IMG/VR virus record: IMGVR_UViG_3300009514_000374
Coordinates: 64,001 to 128,000 of that record
Length of the DNA stretch: 64,000 nt
Source: a virus
Direction: 5' to 3' (one strand)
The translations under genes and the position numbers were made by a program. Below the pieces are notes generated by a model. That model searched no databases, was not told the DNA's origin, and saw nothing but the letters and a program-made list of their open reading frames with translations. Below are positions 1 through 9,074 of this stretch, in pieces; positions within the stretch are counted from its first letter, which is position 1, and every line of letters starts with the position of its first letter.

Positions 1-2
1 TC

Positions 3-266
3 ACGCGCGAAGGGATCGAGATCGAGAAACGCGACCTGAGCATCCGGCCGCACGCCGAGGTATTCGACATCGACGGCCGAGTGCGCGAGGAATCTCGTGC
101 TGCGACCATGGACTATTTCGTGGACTCCATCGCCAAGACGCTGGCGGAAACCGATACCTCGGAATCTCTGCTCGACAAAGTGGACGCGATGAAAGACCTC
201 CCGCAAAAGGTCAAGGATCGGGCCATCGAATTCATTGAGAAGGCCGAGGGCGCTTCGGCCCGGTAG
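3..266 (+). CDS. 5'-truncated ORF, possibly the C-terminus of an Mre11/SbcD-like metallophosphoesterase
   Basis: The frame is open from the window start (TREGIEIEKRDLSIRPHAEVFD...). The product call rests only on its position near an SbcC-like half gene. Confidence 0.4.
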   Translation, partial: TREGIEIEKRDLSIRPHAEVFDIDGRVREESRAATMDYFVDSIAKTLAETDTSESLLDKVDAMKDLPQKVKDRAIEFIEKAEGASAR

Positions 267-274
267 AGTGCGCT

Positions 275-1237
275 ATGGCCTGGAAACCAAGGCCGTACTC
301 CCTTTGGTGGACCCATCTCAAGGAGTACGAGGAATGCCCGCTGAAATTCCTGTGGAGTCGAGGGTGGGCAGGGATCGACGTGGGAGGCGGCGTGGGCCGC
401 AAAAAGCCCAAGACGACCCCTCGATCGAGACACCACGCGGTCATGGGAATCGCCATCCAGGCGGCGGTTGAGGATCTCTACAACGAGGAATTGTGGCGGC
501 ACGATGGCTTGCCTCGTCGGCTCAGCCAGATCGCTAGGATTGCGCTCAAGAAGGAGCTTTCCGACACAAAGCGCAATTGGATCGATTGGAAATTCGCCGG
601 TATGGGCGAAGCGGATATGGAGGAAATCGTCGTCAACGGGGTACTCGGCTACCTAAAGACGATGAAGGCCCACCGACTGCTCGGCCCCTACGCGCGGGCG
701 GAGAAAAAGCTGTCCGGCTGGATCGACAAGTACAACGAGGTCGCGGGCATCGCCGATACGATCATCCGGCGCGAGGATACGGGCATCACGATCCTCGACG
801 GCAAGAACAGCAAGACCAAGCTGGAGTACGTCGATCCCGATCAGCTTCGCTACTACGCGCTGTGTTTCTTTTTGGCCTACGACAAGATGCCCGATCGGTT
901 GGCATTTGTCTGGTACCGCTACCCCTACGACAAGGAAACTGGAGAGCAGGGGCTCGATTGGGTGGAGTTTACCGAGCGTGACCTCCAGGGCCTCGCCGCA
1001 CGCGCCCGCGATGCGCGCAAGGGCATGAACAAGGAGATGTTCTCGGCCACGCCATCGACTAAGGCGTGCCAATACTGCGACTACAAGGACGTGTGTCCCG
1101 AGCGCGTGGCGATCGACACGGCCAACGCGGAGAAACGCAAGGACAAGCTGCCCATCGTGGGTCACGCGGATGGTTTTGTGGAATTCGACCTGCACAGCGA
1201 CGGTCAAACCGTCCCAGACAAGGGTAAGGGGGAGTAA
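275..1237 (+). CDS. PD-(D/E)XK exonuclease, AddB/Cas4-like, with Fe-S staple cysteines
   Basis: N-terminal Cys (EECPLKF), GIAD...ILDGK, QLRYY, C-terminal CQYCDYKDVC. Confidence 0.85.
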   Translation: MAWKPRPYSLWWTHLKEYEECPLKFLWSRGWAGIDVGGGVGRKKPKTTPRSRHHAVMGIAIQAAVEDLYNEELWRHDGLPRRLSQIARIALKKELSDTKRNWIDWKFAGMGEADMEEIVVNGVLGYLKTMKAHRLLGPYARAEKKLSGWIDKYNEVAGIADTIIRREDTGITILDGKNSKTKLEYVDPDQLRYYALCFFLAYDKMPDRLAFVWYRYPYDKETGEQGLDWVEFTERDLQGLAARARDARKGMNKEMFSATPSTKACQYCDYKDVCPERVAIDTANAEKRKDKLPIVGHADGFVEFDLHSDGQTVPDKGKGE

Positions 1238-1239
1238 CC

Positions 1240-1533
1240 ATGCCCACGACCGACACGGATAGCCGCTTGGAAGCAGCGGTAAAGGATCGCAACACTCTGG
1301 TTGCCGAGATCCAACGGATCGAAGGGCGGTTGGAAGCTGCCCAAAGCCAGCTTGACCAGGCGGAAGCCGAGTGCCGAGAAAAAGGGATCGAACCCGATCA
1401 GCTTGACTCGGCGCTCTCACGTTTGGACGAGCGTTACACCAAGTTGGTGGACGGGTTGGAGGCAGAAATCGCAGACGCACGAGCAGCCCTTGCTCCGTAC
1501 ATGGGAGACACCGATGAAGATCGAGATAGCTAA
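1240..1533 (+). CDS. small coiled-coil protein
   Basis: GGAG RBS, heptad pattern. Confidence 0.7.
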   Translation: MPTTDTDSRLEAAVKDRNTLVAEIQRIEGRLEAAQSQLDQAEAECREKGIEPDQLDSALSRLDERYTKLVDGLEAEIADARAALAPYMGDTDEDRDS

Positions 1534-2665
1534 GAGTGATTTGGAAGCCGCGTTGCAGGTCGTGTCTATCGGCACGTCCGGCACAGGATCCGACCTGTCC
1601 ACCCATTTCCTGTTCCGGCATGAGCCGGACGATGAAGGGGATCGTGTAAGCGTCCTGGCTTACAACGGGCGCCTTGGGGCGAGCATCCCGATCGTCTGCA
1701 AAGTCGATGTGGCCGAGGATGGCCCGACCGCCTTCACCGTCGAGAATTGGCGTCTGCGGCAGTGGCTCGCAGCGGCGGCCGACACCGCGCTCACGTTGGA
1801 GTACGACGATGGCGTGGTCAAGGCGACGGCGCTCAAGGGCAGCGTCAAGTTTCGATCCCTCGATCCAGGGACGTTCCCGTATTGGGACGAGTCCTTGTCG
1901 AAGGCCAAGAAGATCGTAGACATCGACGCGGCCCGGCTCCATGCGGCGCTCTCCCACGCCAAGCTGTTTATCTCGGACAAGGACACGACCAAACCGCACC
2001 TGGCCGTGACCGAGATCCAAAACGGCTCGCTCCGCGCGACGGACCAGGCCGCGCTCACGTTGATCACCATCGCCGAGCTTGCTGAATCCAACATGCGGAT
2101 TCACGGCAAGGATCTGCAACAAGTGCTCTCGTATCTGAGCCTGGCCTCGGAGGAAACGGTCGAGATTCTGGAGCATGACCGCACCCTGTTTCTCAAGCGG
2201 AGTGACGAGGGTGTGCTCTCCGTGGGCCGTCCCCACAACGAATTCCCGCCGATCAAGGTGGACAAGGATTCGGACGATATGCACTGGTGGGTCGTCTCGA
2301 CCTCCGAGTTGGACAGTGCGATCAAGCAGCTTGCTTCCGCCGCCGCCCGCGAGGATGTGCGGCTTACGATCGATTTCGATCCCGAGGCGTCGCAAGTGCT
2401 CTTGTCCATGACCTCGGCTTCGGGCTCGACTGACATCCTCCAGGTGGAGTGCCCTGAGCACGGGAGCCGTGACGATGCCGAGAACCCGTTGCCCGAGGGA
2501 GGGTTCTCGCTCAAGTACCCCTACCTCCAACGGCTCTTGTCGCAGTACAAGGAGAAGACGATCCGTTTCGGGCTCAACCCGCAGAAAAAGGGCGGTTGGA
2601 TCCGTTTCCGCGACGACCGTGACGGCGACGACTACCTCACTTTGCTCGTCTGGCTGATGGCCTGA
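1514..2665 (+). CDS. dnaN: DNA polymerase III beta sliding clamp-like protein
   Basis: MKIEIAKSDLEAALQVV start after GGAG; three-domain ~380 aa layout with FPYW, ATD and EFPPI linkers typical of beta clamps. Confidence 0.75.
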   Translation: MKIEIAKSDLEAALQVVSIGTSGTGSDLSTHFLFRHEPDDEGDRVSVLAYNGRLGASIPIVCKVDVAEDGPTAFTVENWRLRQWLAAAADTALTLEYDDGVVKATALKGSVKFRSLDPGTFPYWDESLSKAKKIVDIDAARLHAALSHAKLFISDKDTTKPHLAVTEIQNGSLRATDQAALTLITIAELAESNMRIHGKDLQQVLSYLSLASEETVEILEHDRTLFLKRSDEGVLSVGRPHNEFPPIKVDKDSDDMHWWVVSTSELDSAIKQLASAAAREDVRLTIDFDPEASQVLLSMTSASGSTDILQVECPEHGSRDDAENPLPEGGFSLKYPYLQRLLSQYKEKTIRFGLNPQKKGGWIRFRDDRDGDDYLTLLVWLMA

Positions 2666-3303
2666 TGCTCGCACCGATTCCCGACATCGCTGATCTCAGG
2701 TCTGCGGCCGACAAGGCCATCGGGTTTCGTGATGCCTTGACCAAGCAGCGTGACGACAACACGAAAGAGATCAAGCGACTGGAGAACGAGGACGCGACTT
2801 TGCGATTGGTCGCGTCCTTGATCCGTTCTCTTGCAGACGCCGAGGTAAAAGAGGGCATCGACGCGGTGACCAAACTCCAGACGGAGGGGCTGCAAGAAAT
2901 CTTCTATGACCAGGATCTTCGGATGGAGGCCGAGATCACAGAGCAGCGAGGTAAGGTCGCCGTCAACCTGCTCACCGTGGATACGAAAGCGGAAGGCATC
3001 GAGATCAAGGACGATCCGTTGGAGTCGATGGGTGGGGCAGTGGCGACGGTGGAATCGGTGCTCTTGCGGGTGATCGTTGTGTTGCGCCGAAATATGCGCC
3101 CGATGCTTCTGCTGGACGAAACCCTTGGGGCCGTCGCCAAGGGTTACATCGAGCGCGTGGCCGGGTTTCTCACGACGCTGTGTCAGCGCCTCGACATGGA
3201 CATCCTTGCCGTAACCCACGACCCGTTGTTGATCGACGCCGCCCAAAAGGCGTATGTGATCGAGCCCACCCCACGCGGGGTGGTATTCAAGGAGCGGCGA
3301 TGA
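2665..3303 (+). CDS. SbcC/Rad50/gp46-type ABC ATPase, C-terminal half only
   Basis: Coiled coil, signature-like SMGGA, Walker B LLLDE, H-loop VTHD; no Walker A. Confidence 0.8.
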   Translation: MLAPIPDIADLRSAADKAIGFRDALTKQRDDNTKEIKRLENEDATLRLVASLIRSLADAEVKEGIDAVTKLQTEGLQEIFYDQDLRMEAEITEQRGKVAVNLLTVDTKAEGIEIKDDPLESMGGAVATVESVLLRVIVVLRRNMRPMLLLDETLGAVAKGYIERVAGFLTTLCQRLDMDILAVTHDPLLIDAAQKAYVIEPTPRGVVFKERR

Positions 3304-3818
3304 AACGGCGAGGCGCGATCAAGCACAAACTAAAGCAGGTGATCTTTCGTCACCGCTCCAAATACGTCGAGGAAGGGCTCAAGCGTCGTCCGGCCAACTG
3401 TTCGTACAACGCCCCGATTCAGGTTTACGACCCCTCGACCACGAACAAGGCGGTTCTCCGGGTTTGCCTGTACGACGTATCGAATCGCCGTCGCTGGAAC
3501 AACGCGACGTGCGACGAGTCCCTCGGTGGTCTGGAGCAGTGCCGCAAGTGCCCGATGTTCAAGGCACGGAACGAGGCCGATGACCTCAAGGCCGAGTTTG
3601 CTACCATGCTCGGCATCGACGGCACGGAGGTAGACATCGGCTGGATCGCCAAGCAGTACCCTGACGTGGCTGCGCTCATGTGGGTGCTCGGCTCCGAGCC
3701 GCAGAGCGACGAGCCTCCGCCTCCGGTTGAGGACAAGCGCGAGAACATCCTGACGTTCTTTGGTTCGACGGAGATGACCGAGGACGAGATTCCCGAGGAA
3801 CCTCTGGCAGACGAATGA
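3300..3818 (+). CDS. hypothetical Cys-containing protein
   Basis: ATGA overlap with the upstream gene, GGAG RBS. Confidence 0.65.
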   Translation: MKRRGAIKHKLKQVIFRHRSKYVEEGLKRRPANCSYNAPIQVYDPSTTNKAVLRVCLYDVSNRRRWNNATCDESLGGLEQCRKCPMFKARNEADDLKAEFATMLGIDGTEVDIGWIAKQYPDVAALMWVLGSEPQSDEPPPPVEDKRENILTFFGSTEMTEDEIPEEPLADE

Positions 3819-4384
3819 CCGATCTGCTTGACGTTTTGAATTTCGACTACGCGGTTCGTGGGCCGCGTGGCGCCCCTCCGCGCATGTTGGAATTCCCCGT
3901 GTCTCCAGACGCCGCTCCGTTCCTTGTGTCGTCTACGAGGGCGGTCTTGTGGGTGAGCCGGTCCTCGACCCAACGGACTGTCCGAGCCGCTGTGCGACCG
4001 TCGAGTGGCTTCTACCGTGAGGTCGTGGACGAGATCACCGGGGCGGGCCGAGAGAACAAGTGGGGAAACGTCCAGCCGTTCACGACGGAAGGTGTCGAGG
4101 CGTGCGTGGCCTATCTTCGCTCGTTCGGCTTGGAGGATGTGCAGGCCCTCGGTAACCCGGATGTGTGGCCCGAGCACTTCGATCCGAAATTCAAAGACAA
4201 TATGCCGCTGGTTCATGCGGACTGGCTGCCGGAAAACAGCGTGGTCTTTGTGCCCAAGGATCGCAGTTTCCTTGGCTTCATGGGGACGGTTGGCCCTGGT
4301 CGCATCGTAGCGGTCGTGCATAACCCGACTCGTGGCTTTGCCATCGCTCAAAACGAGCCGGGCGAGCACAACGGGGCTGAATGA
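3815..4384 (+). CDS. hypothetical protein
   Basis: ATGA-coupled ORF. Confidence 0.65.
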   Translation: MTDLLDVLNFDYAVRGPRGAPPRMLEFPVSPDAAPFLVSSTRAVLWVSRSSTQRTVRAAVRPSSGFYREVVDEITGAGRENKWGNVQPFTTEGVEACVAYLRSFGLEDVQALGNPDVWPEHFDPKFKDNMPLVHADWLPENSVVFVPKDRSFLGFMGTVGPGRIVAVVHNPTRGFAIAQNEPGEHNGAE

Positions 4385-5055
4385 GAGAGTGGGCGACCAA
4401 AGCCCTGTTGGGCATGGAGCTTTCGGCGAACGATCGAGGCTACCTGCTCGGCCGTGGTGCGCGCCCTGATCTACTGGCGGGCATGGGCGTATGTACGTGG
4501 AGCCCACCCGACGATCCTGCGCCCGACGAGGCGTTCCGCGAGAAATACGGTGATCACGGTCGCTTCTTTGAGGATCGGATCATCTTCCCGCTGTGGAGCC
4601 CACGCGGCCAGCTTCTCGGGTGGGACAGTCGCCATGCGGATCGGAAAGACCTGAGCCGCTATATCATCCCCAAGTTTCAGTACCAGACGGTTTGGATTGG
4701 GATGCCGGTGGCGATGCCCCGGATCTGGGAAGGCAAGACGGTCTGGATCTGTGAGGGGATTTTCGATCTGTTCGCGCTTGACCAGGCGTGTCCCACGAGC
4801 CCGGTCTTGGCGTGTGGCACGGCCAACCTGCACAGGGGCCACACGGAGTTTCTGAGACGTTTTGCCACGTCGGTACGAATGGTCCTCGACCGTGACCCCG
4901 CAGGGCGTAGAGGCACGGAGAAGGCGCTCAGCTACCTCAGTCGTGTCGGGGTAGAGTGCAGAGACTTTCCCTACGGGCCGGGCAAAGACCCCGGCGAGAT
5001 CTGGGATAACCACGGCTTTGAGGGCGTGAGACACGCCTTTCCCCTCGCTGTTTAG
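4381..5055 (+). CDS. DnaG-type primase catalytic (Toprim) core without a zinc-binding domain
   Basis: RIIFPL..G...GWDSR, ICEGIFD, LDRDPAG, KDPGE. Confidence 0.85.
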   Translation: MREWATKALLGMELSANDRGYLLGRGARPDLLAGMGVCTWSPPDDPAPDEAFREKYGDHGRFFEDRIIFPLWSPRGQLLGWDSRHADRKDLSRYIIPKFQYQTVWIGMPVAMPRIWEGKTVWICEGIFDLFALDQACPTSPVLACGTANLHRGHTEFLRRFATSVRMVLDRDPAGRRGTEKALSYLSRVGVECRDFPYGPGKDPGEIWDNHGFEGVRHAFPLAV

Positions 5056-5066
5056 GAGCACCCGAA

Positions 5067-5552
5067 ATGGACATCTGGAAAGCTGGACCCGACGTACAGA
5101 AAATGCTGCTTGATCTGATCAAGAAGCACCACCCGCGACTCCTACTCGTGCAAGACGAGATTGCGGTCGTGTTCAAGGAAAAGGCATCGACGCCCGGCGG
5201 CGTGACGGTGTTTGGCAAGAGCAGCAAGGCACCCCCTTTGCTCGGCGCGCTGACGCAAACCGACTGGAAATTCGTGATCACTCTCGCGGCTGACCAGTGG
5301 GAGCACAGCCTTTCCGAGACACAGCGCATGGCGTTGCTCGACCATCACCTGTGCTCGATGATCGTGGAGGAGGATGGGGATCAGGGCACGATCAAGTGCT
5401 CGATCAAGCCACCCGAGGGTTGGTACCGGGAGGAAATCGAGCGATGGGGATTCTGGCGTCCGTCGTGTGACCCTGACGCCCCGACGCCCGTGGAGCAGAT
5501 GTTCGGCGTGGAGAAGGACGAGGACGACGATGGCGACGGCGACGGAGACTGA
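5067..5552 (+). CDS. phage metallopeptidase-like protein with a degenerate HExxH motif
   Basis: DWKFVITL...W......RMALLDHHLC pattern. Confidence 0.65.
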   Translation: MDIWKAGPDVQKMLLDLIKKHHPRLLLVQDEIAVVFKEKASTPGGVTVFGKSSKAPPLLGALTQTDWKFVITLAADQWEHSLSETQRMALLDHHLCSMIVEEDGDQGTIKCSIKPPEGWYREEIERWGFWRPSCDPDAPTPVEQMFGVEKDEDDDGDGDGD

Positions 5553-5817
5553 CAAGGAATGGTTCAGGCTCGCACCACCTGCTGTCCAGGCGGTGTGGCG
5601 TGAGTACGAGCGGGCGACTCAGAAATTTGGGACGTTCAATTCGACTCACGAGGGCTACGCCGTGATCAAAGAGGAATTGGACGAGCTTTGGGACGACATC
5701 AAAGCGAATGCCGACGTGGGGCCGATGGCGGGGGAGGCGACCCAAGTGGCGGCGATGGGGATCCGGTTTCTCATGGACTGCTGCGACGCGGGCGAGTGGC
5801 GCGGCGAAGGCTCATAG
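5530..5817 (+). CDS. MazG-like all-alpha nucleotide pyrophosphohydrolase
   Basis: STHEGYAVIKEELDELWD...EATQVAAM. Confidence 0.7.
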   Translation: MATATETDKEWFRLAPPAVQAVWREYERATQKFGTFNSTHEGYAVIKEELDELWDDIKANADVGPMAGEATQVAAMGIRFLMDCCDAGEWRGEGS

Positions 5818-5871
5818 GCGGCCTACCGGCATTCTCTCGGCTATACTGTCCTCGTAGGTGGAGGACAGAAG

Positions 5872-6306
5872 ATGCCAAGCGGTGACCATTGGAACGGCCT
5901 GAACGTGTTGGACCCTTATGGGGTTCACTCGTACTCGGGTGTGATTGACAGTACGAATTTGTGGCGACAGCCCGACACCGGAGATGGTGAGGTTTTGTGG
6001 GTGCCTTTTGACCCTGAGTACATGATCCAAAGCAGCATGGGGGTCTACGGGCAAGATGCTTGCGGTGACACAAGTACGCAGCCGATCGCTGCCGACCTCG
6101 TACAGTTTCCCGAGGGCAAGTGCCCCATGTGTGGCGAGCAAGGCCACGACATCAATGCCAAGGACTGCAAAAATCCCCTCGTGTCGATCAGGTCGGAGTT
6201 CTACGGCTGCCGACGCTGCTACGACGCCAAATACACCGGCCTAGCGAACCGCTACCTCTACGATATGTGCCGCCTGATGGGCTTGGAATTTGACTGGCTG
6301 GCGTAA
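5872..6306 (+). CDS. hypothetical Zn-finger protein
   Basis: GGAGG RBS; CPMC and CRRC. Confidence 0.65.
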   Translation: MPSGDHWNGLNVLDPYGVHSYSGVIDSTNLWRQPDTGDGEVLWVPFDPEYMIQSSMGVYGQDACGDTSTQPIAADLVQFPEGKCPMCGEQGHDINAKDCKNPLVSIRSEFYGCRRCYDAKYTGLANRYLYDMCRLMGLEFDWLA

Positions 6307-6315
6307 AGTACCCTC

Positions 6316-7734
6316 GTGAGCCTCGACACCAAGTATCGCCCTCTTACCTACGACGACGTACTCGGCCAAGAAGGCACGATCAAGGTCTGCCGAGAATTCG
6401 TAAAGACCGGAGCGGGCTTCCAACAATCCTATCTGTTCGGCGGCCCTTGGGGTTCAGGCAAGACGACGCTCGGCCGTATCCTCGCCCGCGCGCTCTTGTG
6501 TGAGAACCCCAAGGATGGCAACCCCTGCGACGAGTGCCACTCGTGCAAGGCCATCTTGGAAACCGGCACCGTCGAGGCGTTCGTAGAGGTCGATGCCGCG
6601 ACGAACAGCGGCAAGGCCGACGTAGCGAAGATCGTTGAGGACATCGAATTCGGGACGTTCTCCGGCAATCGTCGGATCTATTTGTGGGACGAGTGCCATG
6701 AGCTTTCCCGCTCGGCGATGGACGCGATGCTCCTGCCATTGGAGGAATGTGTTTCAGGGTCGCAGAACAAGAAGCTGATCTGTATTTTCTGCACCACGGA
6801 GCCCGAGAAGATGCGACCCGCGATCCTGTCGCGTTGCGCCCCGGCCTTTCTGATCCGGCCCGTCGAGCCCGAGGTCATCGCCAAGCGGCTCGCCCACATT
6901 TGCACACAAGAAGGGATCTCCTACGAGGACGAAAGCGTGCTTGCGCTTATCGCGGAGGCTACGGAGTGCCACATCAGGGACGCCCTCAAGGCTGTCGAGG
7001 GTATCGCCATGCTCGGAGGGGTGACCCGCGAGAACGTGGTGAGCTACCTTCACATGGACGCCAACGCGCTCTATCTGGATGTGCTCGCGGCGATCGGCCG
7101 CGACCTCCCGGCAGCCATGGAGTCGGCTGAAAATTTGCTGGCGAAGGTTTCACCTTCCACCGCGTACTCTGAAATTTCCAACCTGGCAATTTTGGGGTAT
7201 CGGGTCGGAAATTTGAAAGTAGGAAATCCGCCTTCGTTTGTAGATCGAGAACGGCTGATCGATGTCGCAAACAATCACGGCGAGTTTATGGTCGAAATTG
7301 CATCGCGCTTGGCGAGCCATCCGAGTCGCGCGTCGGCTTCGATGTTCCTTTGCGACCTTGCGGTTCTGCACCAATTGAAGACAGGTACAGTGTCCTCGGT
7401 AATTCGCACTGCGACGCCACTTGCGGTACAACCTCCGGTGTTGGATCCGGCGCCGGTTTCGGAACCGGCGCCAGTGAAAGGGGATGCCTCAAGCGGATCT
7501 TCGGATCGCCCGGTAGAAGATCCGGGTAGTGTGGGGTCGGAGCCGTATCTAACCTCGACGGGTGTTTGGATTGAACCTCACGGACAACGAAGCCAGAGTG
7601 TACGACGAGACACAGGTAGCGGACCCCCCGCTCTTTCCGTTGAGCAATTCTCCGAGAGCCTTGATCGCCACCTCCAAGAGCACGAACACGAGCATGGTCG
7701 ATCTTCGGGATGGAACAACGTGGGTAGCACTTGA
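6316..7734 (+). CDS. dnaX: DNA polymerase III gamma/tau clamp-loader subunit
   Basis: KYRP...DVLGQE, Walker A GPWGSGKTT, Zn motif C..PCDECHSC, EVDAA, DECHEL, SRC, RDAL. Confidence 0.95.
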   Translation: MSLDTKYRPLTYDDVLGQEGTIKVCREFVKTGAGFQQSYLFGGPWGSGKTTLGRILARALLCENPKDGNPCDECHSCKAILETGTVEAFVEVDAATNSGKADVAKIVEDIEFGTFSGNRRIYLWDECHELSRSAMDAMLLPLEECVSGSQNKKLICIFCTTEPEKMRPAILSRCAPAFLIRPVEPEVIAKRLAHICTQEGISYEDESVLALIAEATECHIRDALKAVEGIAMLGGVTRENVVSYLHMDANALYLDVLAAIGRDLPAAMESAENLLAKVSPSTAYSEISNLAILGYRVGNLKVGNPPSFVDRERLIDVANNHGEFMVEIASRLASHPSRASASMFLCDLAVLHQLKTGTVSSVIRTATPLAVQPPVLDPAPVSEPAPVKGDASSGSSDRPVEDPGSVGSEPYLTSTGVWIEPHGQRSQSVRRDTGSGPPALSVEQFSESLDRHLQEHEHEHGRSSGWNNVGST

Positions 7735-8248
7735 GCTAACCCGACAAGGAGAACAGAAGGTCGAGGACGGCACGCTGGCGACGGAGCTACGGAGCATCCT
7801 GAGCGTAGACCCTGATTGGCCGATCTTCATCCCGGCGCGCGTTTACCATCGAGGGGGCCGTCGAATTACGGTGCATCTGATGGAGGGTTACGCCTTTGTC
7901 GCTTCCGGGCTCAACGAGGTTGACTACTTTCGGCTGGAGGCCGACAACAACAAATTCGTTTCCAGAATAATGACCGCCAGCAGCCCTGGCGGTCTACGTG
8001 TTTTGAAAACCATCCCTGACCGCCAGATCCAAACGCTGCGCCGTCAGCTTGTCGAGGAAATCTCGTCGGACATTGTGACCGGACTCCAGGTCCGTGTAGC
8101 CGAGGGTAAGTACAAAGGGCTCGATGGGCTTGTGCTTGGAGTTGACGACGAATACGCTTTCGTCAAGATTGAGCTTCGGTCATTGAAAATCGTCGCTAAG
8201 ATCCCTAGGATCCTGCTCGTCGGGGACGACGAATCCTTCGCAAACTAG
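7694..8248 (+). CDS. nusG: NusG-family transcription elongation/antitermination factor
   Basis: NGN domain (WVAL..., LMEGYAFV) and KOW domain (VRVAEGKYKGLDGLV). Confidence 0.85.
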   Translation: MVDLRDGTTWVALELTRQGEQKVEDGTLATELRSILSVDPDWPIFIPARVYHRGGRRITVHLMEGYAFVASGLNEVDYFRLEADNNKFVSRIMTASSPGGLRVLKTIPDRQIQTLRRQLVEEISSDIVTGLQVRVAEGKYKGLDGLVLGVDDEYAFVKIELRSLKIVAKIPRILLVGDDESFAN

Positions 8249-8860
8249 ATGGCTACCCGTTGGACAGACTGCCGGACCATCGACCCGGTTGAGTTAGAGA
8301 CTCGGTTCTCCACCGAGGACTCGATCGCGTTTATCAGGGACATCGTGAACGACGAGCCGAGCGAGGAATCGCTCAGGTCGCTGGAACGGATCCGCGAGAT
8401 CATGGAGCACTTGCCCAAGCGCGAGGCTGATTTCGTTGACCTGTACTTTTTCCGGCATCTCAAGCAGACCGACATCGCGGGCATTTTCCGGGTGAGTCAG
8501 CCGACCGTCTGCTACCGGCTCAAGCGTGCGACCCTTCGCATCCAATTCATGCTGTCGCTCCCCGACCTGACGCTTGATCAGATCCGCGATGCGATGTGCG
8601 GGTTCCTGTCGGATCCGCTCGATGTGGAGATCATGGTGCTCATGTACACGACCACCTGCCAGTCCGAGGTCGCTAAGCGGCTCGGTGTAACGCAGGGGCT
8701 CGTGAGGCACCGTTTCATGCGGGCCACGCAGCGGATGCTGAAAAACGAGGCGATGGAGGTCTACGCGACCGTGTTCGATGCGATCTCCAAGAACCTGAAC
8801 ATTCTCCGTGAGGTCCAGCGGCCAGCGTGGGATGCGCAGGTCGCTTGCGTCGTGGACTAG
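8249..8860 (+). CDS. sigma-like transcription factor with two sigma70 region-4 HTH units
   Basis: LPKREADFVDLYFF...QTDIAGIFRVSQPTV, followed by a second unit QSEVAKRLGVTQGLV. Confidence 0.75.
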   Translation: MATRWTDCRTIDPVELETRFSTEDSIAFIRDIVNDEPSEESLRSLERIREIMEHLPKREADFVDLYFFRHLKQTDIAGIFRVSQPTVCYRLKRATLRIQFMLSLPDLTLDQIRDAMCGFLSDPLDVEIMVLMYTTTCQSEVAKRLGVTQGLVRHRFMRATQRMLKNEAMEVYATVFDAISKNLNILREVQRPAWDAQVACVVD

Positions 8861-8885
8861 GTTTCGGAGCCCGGCCCGCCGTCGT

Positions 8886-9024
8886 AAGGGTCACGTCCAG
8901 CGGGATGACCCTTGTTTAGTCAGCTTGGGGGAGAGCGCCGACCGGCAACGGCGGCTGGCTCACTAACAGGTGAGTGCCCGCGAGGACCACGAAAGCCCCC
9001 TGATTGACTACCAGGGGGCTTTCG
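8886..9024 (+). ncRNA. candidate structured small RNA in an ORF-free gap
   Basis: Several hairpins: AAGGGTCA/TGACCCTT, CCG-GCAA-CGG, CTCAC-TAACAG-GTGAG, CC-GCGA-GG; ends in a 13-bp stem. Confidence 0.35.
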
Positions 9025-9029
9025 CGTTT
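8990..9029 (+). terminator. intrinsic terminator-like hairpin
   Basis: CGAAAGCCCCCTG / CAGGGGGCTTTCG, followed by CGTTT. Confidence 0.7.
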
Positions 9030-9035
9030 GCGCGG

Positions 9036-9062
9036 TAGCCGTCCTATCCTGCTGATCGGTAG
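9036..9062 (+). promoter_or_regulatory. late-type promoter motif TAN-N5-CTAT-N12/13-TAG
   Basis: TAG CCGTC CTAT CCTGCTGATCGG TAG; the motif recurs upstream of many genes. Confidence 0.6.
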
Positions 9063-9074
9063 GAGACTTTGCCG

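Noticed and set aside
275-1237. Cas4 as part of a CRISPR system
   Set aside because: No repeat-spacer array or other cas genes were seen; the context is recombination and replication.
653-2674. Long minus-strand ORFs (also 25616..27298, 39902..41674, 52659..53834 and others)
   Set aside because: They are antisense shadows of well-supported + strand genes in GC-rich DNA and carry no recognisable motifs.
6316-7734. Programmed dnaX -1 frameshift
   Set aside because: No A-AAA-AAG slippery site was seen.
8925-8990. Glycine riboswitch-like words (GGAGAG, CGCCGA, CAGG, GAC)
   Set aside because: P2 and the GAAG element are missing; retained only as a generic structured RNA candidate.
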